From positions 1 to 64,000 of the forward strand of contig JBEWZL010000302.1 of assembly GCA_045837725.1 (NCBI GenBank): a stretch of 64,000 nt of DNA, written 5' to 3'. Below are positions 35,882 through 49,858 of the stretch, in pieces. Position 1 is the first letter of the stretch. Each line of letters opens with the position of its first letter. Below the pieces are notes generated by a model. The model worked only from the letters and a program-made list of their open reading frames with translations, searched no databases and was not told where the DNA came from. A program made the position numbers and the translations under genes. The stretch is from Vermamoeba vermiformis (taxonomy: Eukaryota).

Positions 35882-37505
35882 TTACGCCCTCAGACCGACA
35901 AGTTTCTCGCTGAGCTCCCACAATCGTGAAGCTTGCGTGCTGTCCATTGAAATCGGCGTGCTCTTCTTAATCGCACAGTCGCTGAAATATTCACCGCCTT
36001 GATTGACAATGTCGGGGGACAACGCGCAGTGGAGCGTGGTCTAGCGGATCCATGCATTAGTAACAACCAAATGATGACATATTGAATAAATAAGGATATT
36101 ATTACGTACTTGAGCGCCTTGATAGGCCGTCTTGGAGAAAAATCGTTGGAGGAAGAGGAATGGTTTAAGCCACTCTGGAACCAAATGACGACCCAGTTCA
36201 GTAACGACTAGAGCAAATAGCTGTTAGAATTATATCAAGAAGATCGTATTAAAATCAAAATATCATCGCGATAGATTTTTCTTCTCAAATTCCTAAACAA
36301 CTTTGTTTTGCGCCAAGAGCACGAGACAGAAACAACATTTGCTTCTCGCAAATGAATAAAATAATTTCCGAAAATATGGTAATATCATTGACGCGTAACA
36401 TAATGGTAAGCACTGACAATCGAAATTATCGCATGACATGTTGGATCGGATCTTACTTACCAACACCAGGATGAAGAGACACAGCCACAATCTTTTTGCC
36501 TTGCTCTTTCATTCGCTTATTAAGTTCTTTAGCGAACAATATATTTGCAAGTTTGCTTTGGCCATAAGCGACCCAACGAGTGTAGCCGCCCTTCTCGAAG
36601 TTCGGATCGTCAAAGCGGATGCCGGTCTTGGCGTAAGTATGCGCCATAGATGATAATACGATTACTCTAGCACCGTTTTCGTTGATTAAATTGTCCTTGA
36701 GAAGCAGATTGGTCATTAAAAAGTGCGCCAGGTGATTAACTCCGAATTGGAGCTCGAATCCGTCTTCAGTCTTCGTAAATGGAGGTGCCTAAACAAATAT
36801 TATAATACCATTAGTAACATTTTCTCGATATTTCATATCGATGTTTCATTTAGACTCGTTTTGGATCCGGATGCGATCTTGCGTACCATTACACCAGCAT
36901 TCTGAATGAAAATGTCAATCTTCTTATTGTCAGTTCTCTTTTTATAGTCTTCGACAAAGTTTCTAACGCTCTTTAAGCTAGATAACTCGACGCAGAAATA
37001 ATCGACGGCGTTGTTGTGCGTTGCATTTTTAATTTTAGCAACTGTCTCGCGACCTTTCACGTCATCTCGAACAGCTAATAAATAATACCGTAGTTAATTT
37101 AATTATTCTCGTCCTAAAGCTGCATAAATACGTTCCGAACGCGGTAAATCCGGATACATTAATAACTTACTAACGTAAACTTGAGCATTTAATTCAGCCA
37201 AAAACTTTGCGGTCTCAAGACCAATACCAGTATTAGCACCAGTGATTAGCACGACCTATTCTTATTATTAATAAACTAATTTCCGGATTTGGTGCGGTAA
37301 TTTAATTGTTACCTTTCCTGTCAAGTCAGTGCGGTACTGATTGACTCCTCCTTCGAAATACTACACTCAACGTTAGTTAAATAATTAGTTACATGTGGTT
37401 AATTACCTTTCGAGCCAAGTAGAGCAACGGAGCTGCAACTGCAGCAGCGGATGCGACTTTTGTTTTCGTGTCAAGATTGTTCCAAAGCTCAATAGCCTTC
37501 TCCAT
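35882..37505 (-). CDS. Short-chain dehydrogenase, RDH12/13/WWOX-like
   Basis: ITGANTGIG, IQNAGVM, FGVNHLAHF, AYGQSKLAN, LHPGVV. Confidence 0.92.
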
Positions 37506-37970
37506 TGTTGTAACTAGTATATACTCAATATGAAAAAAGATAATCAACGGTTAGCGTCACGCGCTATATTTTTCTCGTCGGAAAAAAAAGATTACGATCC
37601 GTAAGAAGTAATTCTCCGGCTCTGAGAATCAAAATTTCTGAGGTCGAAACCAGCACTAAAAGAGATTTAAACGGTCGACGCGAATTCCCTTGCGTTTGCC
37701 GAAAACAATGATATTTTTCAACTTCGGTGGATCTGGCTTTTGAAGGTGACTATAAAGGTACGCATATCAGAACTCTAATAGAAACGATATCATGAGTTAG
37801 TTAACAAGTTGTTTATTCCCCACCCAAGTTATTATTTTACAAATTATCCCAGGTAATGTACAATTAGTCCCTTATTCCCACTACCCTTCGCAGATTGAAT
37901 ATCAAAATTGTTTAGTTTGTTTTGTTGAAAATTGTTGTTGAATGTGATGAGGGTGTTCAATAGCGCCTAA

Positions 37971-39654
37971 TTACGCTTTGAACACTTTCATTGTCGCGCG
38001 GACTTGAGCTCGGCACATCGGACACTTGGTAACTTGTCCGTTGGTAGCGCAGCCTTGACAGAGACACAAATGACCGCAGTCTTGGATCGCGTAGCACGAT
38101 TCTTCGCACAAGCAGATCACGCACAAACTAATAAAAAACCGTTAGAATATGCCCATAAATAGCGATAGAAACAATTAAATGTGTCTAAGTCATCCGTGAA
38201 AAAATTAAAAGTGACACTTTTGACACTTGATGTCACTCTAACAATAGTGCTTCGCAGGATGTAGTAATTGTAGCTTCATATAATAACACTGATATATATA
38301 GACATACCCTTCATCTTCTTTAGCCTCACTGTTCTTATTGGCGTTCGAATCTGGTCTCGGAGCAGCACATTTGTAGCACACTGTTCGCGAGCCAAAATTG
38401 GAAGCACCACATTGACAGTTCCAGTCGCCAGCGAACTTTGCTTGTTGCGCTTGGGGAGCTTGTTGTTGAGGTACGTTCGTATTTACATTATTAGCTCCTG
38501 GCCTGATAATTCAACGCGTTAATCTATCGGATCCACAAAAAACAAAAATTGTCAAAAATAAGTTTAAACGAAAATTGCTATTTCGTAGTATTAAAATACC
38601 TCATAGAATATTTGCATCATAATTTTGACGAATAAATAAGAATTAAAATGAACTAGAGGAACTTACTTTGCGGCACGACATTTGAAGCAGATCTGACGCG
38701 ACGCAAAATTGTTTTCATTGCATGCACCGCACCGCCAATCACCAGGCTTCACACTAACTCCACCACCCATATTTACACCATTTGTATTATTGTTGTTCAC
38801 TCCACCCACACTTTGTCCCAGATTCACCACTCCACCAAACGGATTCGTGCTTGGATATTGCACGTTGTTGTTGTAATTAACATCCACGCTTACATACGCA
38901 CTAAACGGATTAGTGCTATTAGCGAGTGGCTGATTCACGCTGTTGGCAAATTGATTCGCGTTCGGTTTGGATATACCACATCTGCAGCCTAAATGATAAT
39001 TAGATGTTATTGCTTAGGCAATAGAACTTGCAATTTATTTATGTATAAATTATATACGCTACTTACGGTCTTTAGAGGCGAAGACTAAGCCGTTACATCC
39101 GGGACAGAACCAGTCTCCTGGCTTTTGCATCGGATGCGATGCCTATAAGTAATTTAAATGATTAATATAAAGCTCGCTGATTGTATTTATAACAACGATC
39201 AAAGCGCTAATAGATTAGTTGCGAGTAGATGTGGATTCGACTCACCTGTTGTTGTTGAACTTGCACCGGTGCGTTATTGGCTCTAGGCTTAGCAGTATTG
39301 CATTTACCACAGCCTGTATATATAGGTTATCAAGTTAGAATTAATTAATTGTTTACTGGAATTGAATACGTACGATCCTTTGATCCAAAGCAATAGCCTT
39401 TGCATGAAGGACAGATCCAATCGCCTGGTTTCATTGTTGACGCGTCGCGTACTTGTCCACATCGGCATACTGAAATATTAATAATTCATTTGGTGACGAT
39501 TAACAATTATAAAAAACAAAGGGACATCGTGAGATCTGGATTTCTAAACATCTTTCGTAAGAGATATGTAGAAAATAGGTTACTTACCACCCTTCGAGCC
39601 AAATACTCTATCAGAGCAGCTAGGGCAGTACCAATCGTTGTTAGGTCGTTGCAT
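37971..39654 (-). CDS. Protein with five RanBP2-type zinc fingers and C-terminal RING
   Basis: Repeated (P)GDWxCxxC...FxS...C motifs; CVIC...CGHLCLCxxC...CPMCR. Confidence 0.88.
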
Positions 39655-40362
39655 CTTGTAAAAAGTTGTTTCTTGTTAACCGTTCAGGTGATCTTGCTTA
39701 TTTTATGTTGTAATGTAAAAGATATGTTGTTTACTGTTTGTTGTATATAACCCAAATGATGTTGCTGATATTTTGGGCTTTTATTCCCTGAATCTGGCAG
39801 CCCTGGAAGATTAGTTAAGAAATAGGAATGTCCCTTTCATTGGTCAGCTATTTTCAGAATTGTCCCTGTTCGATGAAGAACAAAAAGATACATTACAGAA
39901 CAATTTTAAGACGCGAAAGATTCTTTTGAAACGTTTGATTCGCTCCATCAGCAGTAATTGAAACAGATTTACCAGCTATGGTCATAACGATGAGACATTC
40001 AGATTGGTTATTTTTAGATATTTGTATAAATTGGCTGGTGAATGTTTAGCATCTTGTTTTTGATTACACGATAGATTCGGTTGTGCTTTTCTTTAAATGT
40101 AGATGTGTGCAAAAACAAAAGTGTTGACACCTGCTGACAAAATTTACAATATGCTGTCTTCTCGTCTATGCATAATTACAAATTCGAATCCTGAGCAGTT
40201 TTCTTTTTCAACGAAACGAAATCCAGCACAATTTTCTATTTCAACGTTTGTTTGCGCGCTTCCAAAAATCATTCTAACAACAGCTGCACGAAGTAGTACC
40301 ATACATCTACATATATATTATCACTTTGTGCGAAACTAAACAAGCAAGATCTAGCTCAAAAG

Positions 40363-42049
40363 ATGTCGGCCATTCCAGCAGAAAAAAAGTCATTAAAAAT
40401 AGCAGTATTAGAAACAGACGCACCAGACGAAGGAGGAATACTGCGCACAACATATGGCACATACGGTAGGTCACGAATTAATTTTGTTTTGAATAGATCT
40501 TGATATCATTAAAAATTAACAAGCTTCACAAATATTTATTATAATTAGTTCGTTTAACGATAATCAACGCATTAAACACAACCCGACAATAATTACAATT
40601 TTGTCTATCGAAACAATTTATGACTTTGTAGCCAACAATGGCTAGATGTCACGCGCAATTTTGATTTCCGATCCAAACCGTAGATCTAACTTAATCATCG
40701 TACTAATATCTTTCTTATATGTAGCTGATATGTTTAAAGCATGGCTCACACGTAGTTTCCCTTGGTTAACTTTTGAAATGGATTGTTTTGATGTACAAGA
40801 ACTTAAGTACCCAGAAGATCCAACGCTGTACGATCTTTTCATGATCACTGGTTCTCGGGCATCAGCATATGAAGGTAAATAATGATATTGATTCAGTCAT
40901 AATTGATATTGCTGAAATACGCGGGCTAAAATCGGATCAGATCAATGCAATTTTAGAGTTGAATTTTCTAATAGGAAACTTCGTCAAATTTCTTTAGTCA
41001 CACTTACAGATGATACCCAATCTATAATATCTTTTTAAATGGAATATCAAAGCGTTTTAGCTTAATTTTGATCGGATCCAAAAACATAATAATAACCGTC
41101 GCTACAATTCTTAAAAACTGCCGGTAGATGAAAGCATCCGGATGTATATCCGTATACCTCCTTTATATCGATCGTCGTTAATAGTGTCCAACGTATACTA
41201 ACGCCATTTGTACGCAGATCAAGAATGGATTCGGCAACTCGAACGTTTTATTCAAAAATTGGATCAGTTGAAAGCCAAAATTATCGGCATCTGTTTCGGC
41301 CATCAAATAATAGCTAAGGCACTAGGCGGCGAGGTAATTAAGAACCCTAAAGGCTGGGAAGTCTCTTGGAATCAGTTCGATCTGAACGAGATGGGTTGCC
41401 ATGTTTTCAACTCCAGCACGCAGAATAGGAAGGTCAATTTGTTTTATAGTCACCAAGATATAGTGAGCAAGTTACCACCCGGAGCGATAGGCATTGGTGG
41501 CAACAAGCTGACTGAACACCAAGGTAAGATCGAGTTCCGGAGGTACATCCGACTTTTGTGTGCGAAAGAGAAATTTAATTAGCGAGATTGCTAGATTCAC
41601 TACATGTAGAATCTTTTACCTATTAATACTTTCGAATTCACTTACCGAATGTGAATTGAATGCATTAGAACAAAACTCGACGAAATTTCTGCTTAAATTA
41701 ATTTAATCAACGTCCATTCTTTCAGACTAATATTAAATTAATCCATTTATTCAACGTAATATCAAATTTAATTCATTTAAACGCAATTAGCAAAGCATAT
41801 TTTCTTATGTCGTAGATCCAATCTATTAACGTTATTTTTATTTGTTGCATAGCAATGGTGAAGGACCATAATATCATCTCGTTCCAAGGACACCCTGAAT
41901 TCAACAAAGGTATTATGGAGCTGCTACTTGCCTCAAAAGAAGCCGCGATCCCGGCAGAACTTCATAGAAAGGGCATGCAATTGCTTGATTTCCCGACGAG
42001 CGAGGTCTGGTTGGCACAAAAGAGCTTTAGATATTTGAACTTACTGTAG
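40363..42049 (+). CDS. Class I glutamine amidotransferase-like protein
   Basis: KIAVLETD, MITGS, GICFGHQ, FQGHPEF. Confidence 0.9.
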
Positions 42050-42347
42050 GATATATTTATTGGTGTATTATAACCCATTTTTTGGTTCGATTTTTTTTAG
42101 CTCGAACGATCCAGCGGAACTTCAATTTGTACAGAGATTAAACCTTATTTATGATTTTATTTATTACATATATGAATCACATTTCTATGTTAAGCTTTAA
42201 AGTCGTTATGCTGATCTTGGTGTATTTTTTGTGGTCAAAGTCTTAAGACCACAGTAAACGTATTGACGACAAATATTAATTTGCTTCGACCAAAATTACT
42301 GTATAATAGCATATAGTACCACAACTGACGCATACTCAAGCTTTTAA

Positions 42348-43710
42348 ATGGCAAACACAGACTATTTCGATCGACAAAAGAGGATTCCAGAATGGAACCA
42401 GGAATTAATCGAGAAGCAGGTAAAATTCGAATTAAATTAATTATTGGATAATTACTGAATGCCGTAAAATTGTAACAGTAACTAAGCGAATTTGAATTTT
42501 TAACCAAATTAATTTTTTGTAATTTAAAGGTGGCTTTCTGTTTGGGCGTTGGAGGTCTAGGCACGTCAGTGGCACTTAATTTATGTCGATTAGGCGTCAA
42601 GAAAATTTATTTGCTCGACAAAGACGTTGTGGATCATCACAACCTGAATCGTCAAGTCTTATTTAGTAAAGATCATATTGGCAAATCTAAGGTAAATTAC
42701 AGCAAAGACTATTCGTACTATATTATAGCAATTATTTAATTATGAAGCTGGATCGAGAATAACAACATTTTTAATTTAGGTTCAAAGTGCTTTAGAGACG
42801 TTGAAACAATTGCACAATTTGCGAACAGAAATAGTACGTATGATTGAGATATATTAATATTTTATTATAGAGGATTAATAGAGTTAATTAGGTACCGATG
42901 GACATGGATGCGCTGACGAATTGGGATCAAGTCGTCAAAGCGAGTGAAGACTGTACAGTGCTGTTCAATATGATCGATGTCGGTGATTATTTTGACGCCG
43001 CGGTGCAAAGCTTAGCACTCGTTAGAGGCATTCCTATGGTCCTCGGTGGAACTTTTCAGGTACCATTTCGTTCACTGAAAACGACACTACAACACATCTT
43101 TTACCATATTTAGTAATACAATCTCGGACTCAATGACGCCTAGTGGCTAAAATAGTTCTATTTTTAGACCATTGCTACAATTGACGTGTCCAATCCCAAG
43201 GGCAAGCCGTGCTGGCTGTGTCTGAGTCCGTTGAGCGACCAATCCATTCTCATGCAACTCTTGCCTGCAAATATTACTTCACTGAAATCCATAGATTTCA
43301 TCCCACGTGACGCCAAACCAGTCGGCGCGTCGACAGTCTACGTCGCATCAACCTGTGCGAATTTGATGACGTCAGTGTGGGTGCAGTCCCTTCAGGGCCA
43401 AACAGTGCCCAATCGATCAATTTTGTACTTCAACACGATGGAGATTGACAAGTGGGTCATTGAGCCCGAGGCCAAGTGTTTGTTTTGCGCGGACAAGACG
43501 AGCACTGAACCCACGCACGAACACACAGAACTTACTACAGAAACCAAGTCTAACGAACAACATAATGATGATAAGCCCGTTAGTGAACAAGTGCAAAGTG
43601 TAGTTGAAGCAGATCCGGAACAAATGCTAGGTACGGTATTATTGTTGAAATAACGTCAAAAGAAACTAATTCTTGCAGAACTTGAACGAGAAGTACCAAC
43701 CAAAGAATAA
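42348..43710 (+). CDS. ThiF/MoeB/E1-like adenylyltransferase
   Basis: YFDRQ, CLGVGGLG, DKDVVDHHNLNRQ, PCWLC and CLFC zinc ligands. Confidence 0.88.
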
Positions 43711-43958
43711 CATAGCCGTTGAATAGATGAAATGTAATATTAACAAAAACACAACTTAAAAACGTTCCGTTTGTACGGCCGTTAGTCTGGTACGTTTTGA
43801 AGTTTGAGCAAGCGTTAAAAGCCCCAAACAGGTTAAAATATTATTGTAACGGTATATGATCCAAATAGAAGTTTATTAGAGTATTATTGGTTCAATACAA
43901 AAGGCTTATTGAACTGAAATGACTTCGCGGGGCATTTGGATCATGTCCAGAAAGGAAT

Positions 43959-45156
43959 TTACTGCTTCTTGCAGTCATCAGGAGTCTCGAATGAGAAGGC
44001 TAAGTAAATCAGTAGTTAAGGAGTAATAGCACTTAGAAGTAATAGCAATAATTAATCGGGATCTGAAAATGAACTTCAGTTTGGGAATGAGATCTGTCTT
44101 GGTTAAATAAGGATACGATCACGAATGCCTTCTTGGATGTTGACGTAAGTGACTTCACCTTCGAAGCCGTATTCCTTGCCGTGGTGAGCAAGAGCAATAC
44201 CCCTAAGAAAAGTTCAGCAACGGGAGACCAGATGCGACATGTTTAAATGTTAATAATTATGAACGGTGCTTACTTGATGGGGATGCACTTCTCTTCAGAG
44301 ACAGAGACCTCCAAGAGCTCTTCACCTTGACGAACGTCAAAGAAGTAAGAGTGAGCCTTCAAAGCACCACCGAGAGTGTAAGAGAACTCGTGAGCGGCAC
44401 CATCTGTAATAATGATAATGTATTAGGACTCGTTTGAAGGGTAAATCGGCCATTAAACTTGTGGATCAAAGGCGTAACGTTTCATGAAACAGATTTGACT
44501 TACCAGGAACGCAAGCCTCACGCATGAAACCACCTTCGGTGAAAGTGCAAGCACCAGTTTGGGCGTTGATGCGGTATTGTCTCCAAATCTTGTTATCCTG
44601 GGACAAGCGGTCAGTCACATCTGTCAATTTCTTTGCGATCGGAAAGTTCGTGCGTAATTTGCTGCGGAAACAATTTTAACACTAATAAACTAATTTTATG
44701 CGTGTGTATTATCTATTTAGTACTAATATTATATTTAAAGACTTACAGGGCTCATCTTTTCAATCAAAGTGAAAGCAATGCGCTTGTCTTTGTTGATGAG
44801 ATCAGCGCCAATGTCGACGCGCATTCTCTTGGCGGCAAAATCGTACATAATGTACTCGTAGAAAGAAGCGTTTCTAACAGCAGAGTAGCCGAAAGCTTTT
44901 AAAAATTAGTCAGATTCGCCACTAAGATATTTTTCAGAAAGTTAAGAACTAGTTTAGGCTTAAAAATCTCAATTAACAGTTGCTTGCGATATTTACCTTC
45001 ACCTTCCCATCTCTTGGGGCTAAATTCGAAGATAAAAGTTAGAACTCCGGAATTGACAGATGTGCAATGCAACAGCGCTACTTACGTGCAGCATCCAGGG
45101 CCAGCAATGGCAACAGCAACGACGGCTGCGAAGACGACGATGAGAGTCTTGATCAT
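43959..45156 (-). CDS. Ependymin-related secreted protein
   Basis: Signal peptide then GCC/TPKRWEG, YEYIMYDF, CIPI, GIRDP...FETPDDC. Last intron (44000-44116) is U12-type. Confidence 0.8.
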
Positions 45157-45439
45157 GTTTGTGGTAAATGAAGCGGACCTAAAGAAAAAGAACCTAAAAA
45201 TCTTGGCAGTTTTATTTGCCGGCGGCGAAATCACACGGTAATTATCTGCCTGATAAATGAATTATCTATAAGCACGTTAATATTATGCTTCCCTCGTACC
45301 TAATATCCTGTCAGAAGACGACCGTCCGTCGATTGGAACTTTTCTATTTTTAGAAGCGGATCTTATTTGGCCAATTTATCTTAGCTGATGGTATTGTAAT
45401 GTAGGATAAATATGTCCTGTTCGCTTATTTTTTATCATT

Positions 45440-47133
45440 TTATGCCGAAATTAGCTCAAATACAGTGAGTTCAGGATCGCAAAACAATCTGATTGGTGGA
45501 TGCGTCGCCAATCCTCTGTTAGTATACAACATATTAACGCCACCATCTGGTCGTTTGACGGCATGTAAGCCTGAAGTCTACACAATGAATCATGATTAGT
45601 CATTTGTATTGCGAAAACTCGTCCAGGGTAATCTTTGCAAGTATTTTTCTCCGCTTACCCATTCCCAATGCGTTACTACGTAGAAATGTTTCGCGATCGG
45701 TCTAAATATGCCTCTGGAAGATTTTAATTAGGATTTTACCAAATAAGGAAATCGGTATGTATTTTGAGGTACGTACTTCAACGGTCCCGAATGTTCGTAC
45801 AACCAGACTAACAGCGGCAAGATCGGCTTTTTCGTGAAAGGCCAACAGATTTGACCACCTGTGAAGCAATTGCATGTCAAAAAACAATAAAACTTTAAAC
45901 TTAACTAGTGACACGTGTCACCGTTAGGTGATAATGACACGTGTCACACTAAAGTATCTGTACAGGGCGCCAGTGATATAGGGACTCTGCGTCACTTCAC
46001 TGCGGTAGAGTGTTTGACACGTGTCATCGTCATTTTTGCTAAGTGAGGCCGTACTCATTGTTATAAACGTACCATGCGTGTGTCCCGACAATATCAAGTC
46101 ACAATGATAATTTTTCAATTTTTCAGCGCTGTCTGGATTGTGCGACAAGACGATACGAACAACAGGCTCTGAGGTCTTAGACGATGATAATTCTTCTGAT
46201 GTGACTGGTGGTACGTCTTGCATTGCCTTATTTAGATCAAAGTCTTGCGGGTAATCTCCGACTCCAACCTGAATGGGTGACTGTTAGCGGATGTGCTCCG
46301 AAAAAAAGTTGCTATTTTGGTTTGTACGTACGATTTCGAATCGGATATTGTCTAGAGGGAATACACGCTCATTAACTAATGTTTTGATACCAACGTTGTT
46401 CAAATTCTTGAGAATAATGTCTTTTCCTTTTTGGCCATCTGAGTTTGAATGAGGTCAGTCAAGTTAAAGGCGATAGAAGAGGTATCTATGGCTAATTACC
46501 TTTATAATCGTGGTTACCTAGTACCGCATAGATGCCATATTGAGCTTTAAGTTGTTTGAGATATTTTTCAGCAAATTCGATTACTGGATCTGCTCGCAGT
46601 TGAACAAAATCACCTAGTACCTCGATATTAGCAAAAAATTACAATAATAAATACAGTTAATTATACCTGTTAGAAAAATAAAGTCTGGTTGCTCTTGGTG
46701 AGTAATTTCGATAATTTTTTCGATCAGCTTTGGCGAGATCCGTTGTGGAAAGGGTGGGAAGTCGTAATGAAAATCAGATAAGTGGACTATCTTTAATCTT
46801 TGTTGTGATGTACATTTTTCTATAAAGAAATCAGTTAGCAATAGTGAAAACTTTGATCCTCCACGTCATCAAATTTAAATAATCCATTAAAATTAGCAAA
46901 AATAACGGCAATTAATTAAATACTATGAATATTATATTGGCTGAGCTGGAAATTTGTTATAAAGCGGAATGCGTACCTAAATTACGGATGGGCAATCGAA
47001 CTCTTTCAATTCTCAACTTGCTTGGAAATAACAGCTTTAAAAATAAAGCTATAAATCCAGCGATCGCTAAAAATATTCTTTTTACGAGCGGCTTTTTCTT
47101 TGGTTGCTTTGATGTGGATCCGTAGCGTTGCAT
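45440..47133 (-). CDS. Calcineurin-like metallophosphoesterase (YkuE-like)
   Basis: HLSDFH, TGDF, GNHD, LSHNPD, SGHTHGGQ, TNRGLA. Confidence 0.9.
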
Positions 47134-47343
47134 CTCGAACTAAAAGCGGTTTCTGAATTGTTTTGCAGCGCAAAGCGAGCTTATAATACAATAAATATTA
47201 TATAATACAAATATACAGAGGTATTGTGGTCTTTTGGGCTAAGATCTTAAAGATAAATTTGTTTCAATAATTTTGTCGCGTCATCAAAGAGTACACAACA
47301 CGTAGCACTTTTTGATTTGTATATTTATAATAACAAGAATATA

Positions 47344-48704
47344 ATGAGAAAGTTTTTGTTATTTTCAGCCGTTATTTTGTTGATAGCTGCCTCTTGGGCT
47401 CAAAGTAAGTTTTAATCAGGATCCGACCCAATTAATTTATTTACAGTTATAAAATATTAATTGCGAAGATCGTGGCAATATAATATTAAATATGCCATAT
47501 AATGATTAATCAGATATTGAAAGAATTATTTATTTTCGTAAATTTGAAAAACCTTATAGAACGGTAGAATTTAAGCTAGTCTACTCGATACAATCAAAAA
47601 ATTAAATGAAAAAGCAATTTAATATTATTTAGTTAATTTCGCGCGAAAGACAAATCAGCAGAAAATTCGATCCTTTTTTTAGATCGCGAATCCAACAATG
47701 CTAACCGTCATTATTTAGCTACATCCGAGGCAACTACAGCTGAGCCAGTAAGTCCACCAGAGGCATCCACTACACCTCAAGCTGAAGCACCTAAAGCTGA
47801 AACCGCTCCTCAATCCGAAACACCTACGAGTAACAACAGCTCTTCGGATTGCCATTCATTGGGATCATGCAGTGCATGCGCTGAGAAGAGCGGTTGCGTC
47901 TGGTGCGAAGAGAGCAAGACTTGTTTTGATGGTAAGTTGTACAACTCGATCCGACCGGATTTGTTTGTCTATTTCCTAATGCGCGTAAAATACTTCAAAA
48001 TATGGTTCATGGATATTAAGGGTTCTTTATGATTACTCAATGATGTTTTATAGGTAATTTCCTTGGTCCCGAAGACAAATCTTGTGGATGGGAGTACAGA
48101 TGGAACTTCTGCATGGCTCCGACTCGCATTTTGTTGTTAGTTGCAGCTGGCGTCGTTGCTCTTTTATTGTTGTGCATTATTATTTGCATATGCAGGTAAG
48201 TTCGGTCGTATTCTAAGCGAGTTTCGTTCCGTTACAAATTTACTCGGATCCAAATCCAACCTTCTTTAGAATAGAATTCCAAAATAATTGCACCTATGAT
48301 ACTCTATATAAGTCTTGAGGTATATATACTGATTTTCTCTTCAGATGCTGTTGCTGCAGTGGTCGCAAAAAAGGTTCTAAGGGCTACGAGAAGTTGCCGC
48401 AAGAGCCGAGTCAATACGAGATTGATGCTATTGAAACTGGTAGCAGACATCCAAAGGTAAGCTATATATAAAAACATAGTACTAAATAGTCAATTATTGA
48501 ACAAAAATTACTGCCTTAAATTTCTGTTTTGAAGCCGGATCGAGTCTCAAACTTAACGCCGTTTTAACATAATGCTGAACAATATATTGTGCTTATAATA
48601 GTATTAATATTAATGTTATACAGACTGATGCTAAGCGACGTGAGTTGGAAGAGAAGTACGGTAGATCTTTCGGTCGACGAACTCACCAGCTCAGCGACGA
48701 ATAA
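47344..48704 (+). CDS. PTTG1IP: PTTG1IP-like PSI-domain membrane protein
   Basis: Signal peptide, CSACAEKSGCVWCEESKTC, TM followed by Cys cluster, C-terminal RRELEEKYG. Confidence 0.75.
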
Positions 48705-49012
48705 TATCAACAATTAGCATAATGAGTGTTAGTAGCATTCATTATGATATATTTAAGTCAATAAAGCCTCCAGAAGGGTTTTTAATGAATTCGGCTTAAG
48801 ATCCCGAGCTCTTTACTGAGCGCTCAAAGACGCTAGATAGTCTGTAAGTACCTTATATTATTATAAAGACGATGCAATACAATCTTAAGCTTATTGTTAT
48901 CAATTTATCGACCTTCGAGAACTCACTTTAGCTGCGATCCAACGTTGATTATGAAACTAAATCGAAAGTACTAGAATTTAATTTATTTATAATTTATTGG
49001 TATATTTACAAA

Positions 49013-49858
49013 TTAAAGAATGATACAGTTTCCACCAGCAGCGCGCGAGGCTCTAAGCTCAGCTTCGTCTTCAATAATTATACTTTGTCGCGCCAAATCA
49101 TTGCAGTACTCGACGGCTTCTTTAATGCCTTCCATAGTCTTAGCTGAGCATTCTAAATACTTCATAGCTTTAATTTCTTTAGCGACAGCTTGTCCTTGCT
49201 TCGTTGATACTGGCTCTTGGTTCTTTTCTTTCAACCTATTGATCGTATCCGGATCTGTTCTTAAATCGGATTTGCAGCCGATTAAGACTACTGGAATGCT
49301 TCCGCTAGTTCTTTGCTGAATTTCAGGAGCCCACACGGTGCGCACGTTTTCTAACGACTGTGGATTTCCGATCGAGAAGAAAACGACAACGATCTGCGCA
49401 ATCGAATAAACAGGTAGTCGAAGCCTGTAAACAAGGTGTTATTATTACGAACATTTCGTATCATATTTAATTTATTTACCGTTACTGGAAGTCTTTGTTT
49501 TAATTTTTTAATTAAATTATTTTCGAAATTGAATTAGACTTACATTGGAGCAGCGCGACGAGATGGAGGGTCTTCTTCCATCCAATCGACATTCACTGGG
49601 GCATAACCAGGAGGAGCACAACGGAAGGCTTAAAATTACATTACTGGTAAGCAAGATCACTAAATAATTTATTTTTTATTATTATTATTACTTACGAGCA
49701 AAGTTCCATTGCCTGTCATAATATTGATCAAAATTTGGCGGTTTATCGTCTCTATAAGCCATCAGCATCGCGGTCATGCCAGATCCGGCATCTCCAACCA
49801 TCATAACCCGCTTCAACGGGAGTTCCGGTTGTGGGTTATTAGGATTATTCCGTTCCAT
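49013..49858 (-). CDS. Rho-family protein with degenerate G1-G3 motifs (pseudo-GTPase)
   Basis: VGDAGSGMT, LRLPVY, FSIGNPQSLENVRTVWAPEI, GCKSDLR, Rho insert, ECSAKT, CAAX CIIL. Confidence 0.85.

Noticed and set aside
43906-43960. Coding-looking extension (AVNSFLDMIQMPREVISVQ) after the ependymin stop in a shifted frame
   Set aside because: Could be a 1-bp assembly error or chance; cannot be decided from sequence alone.
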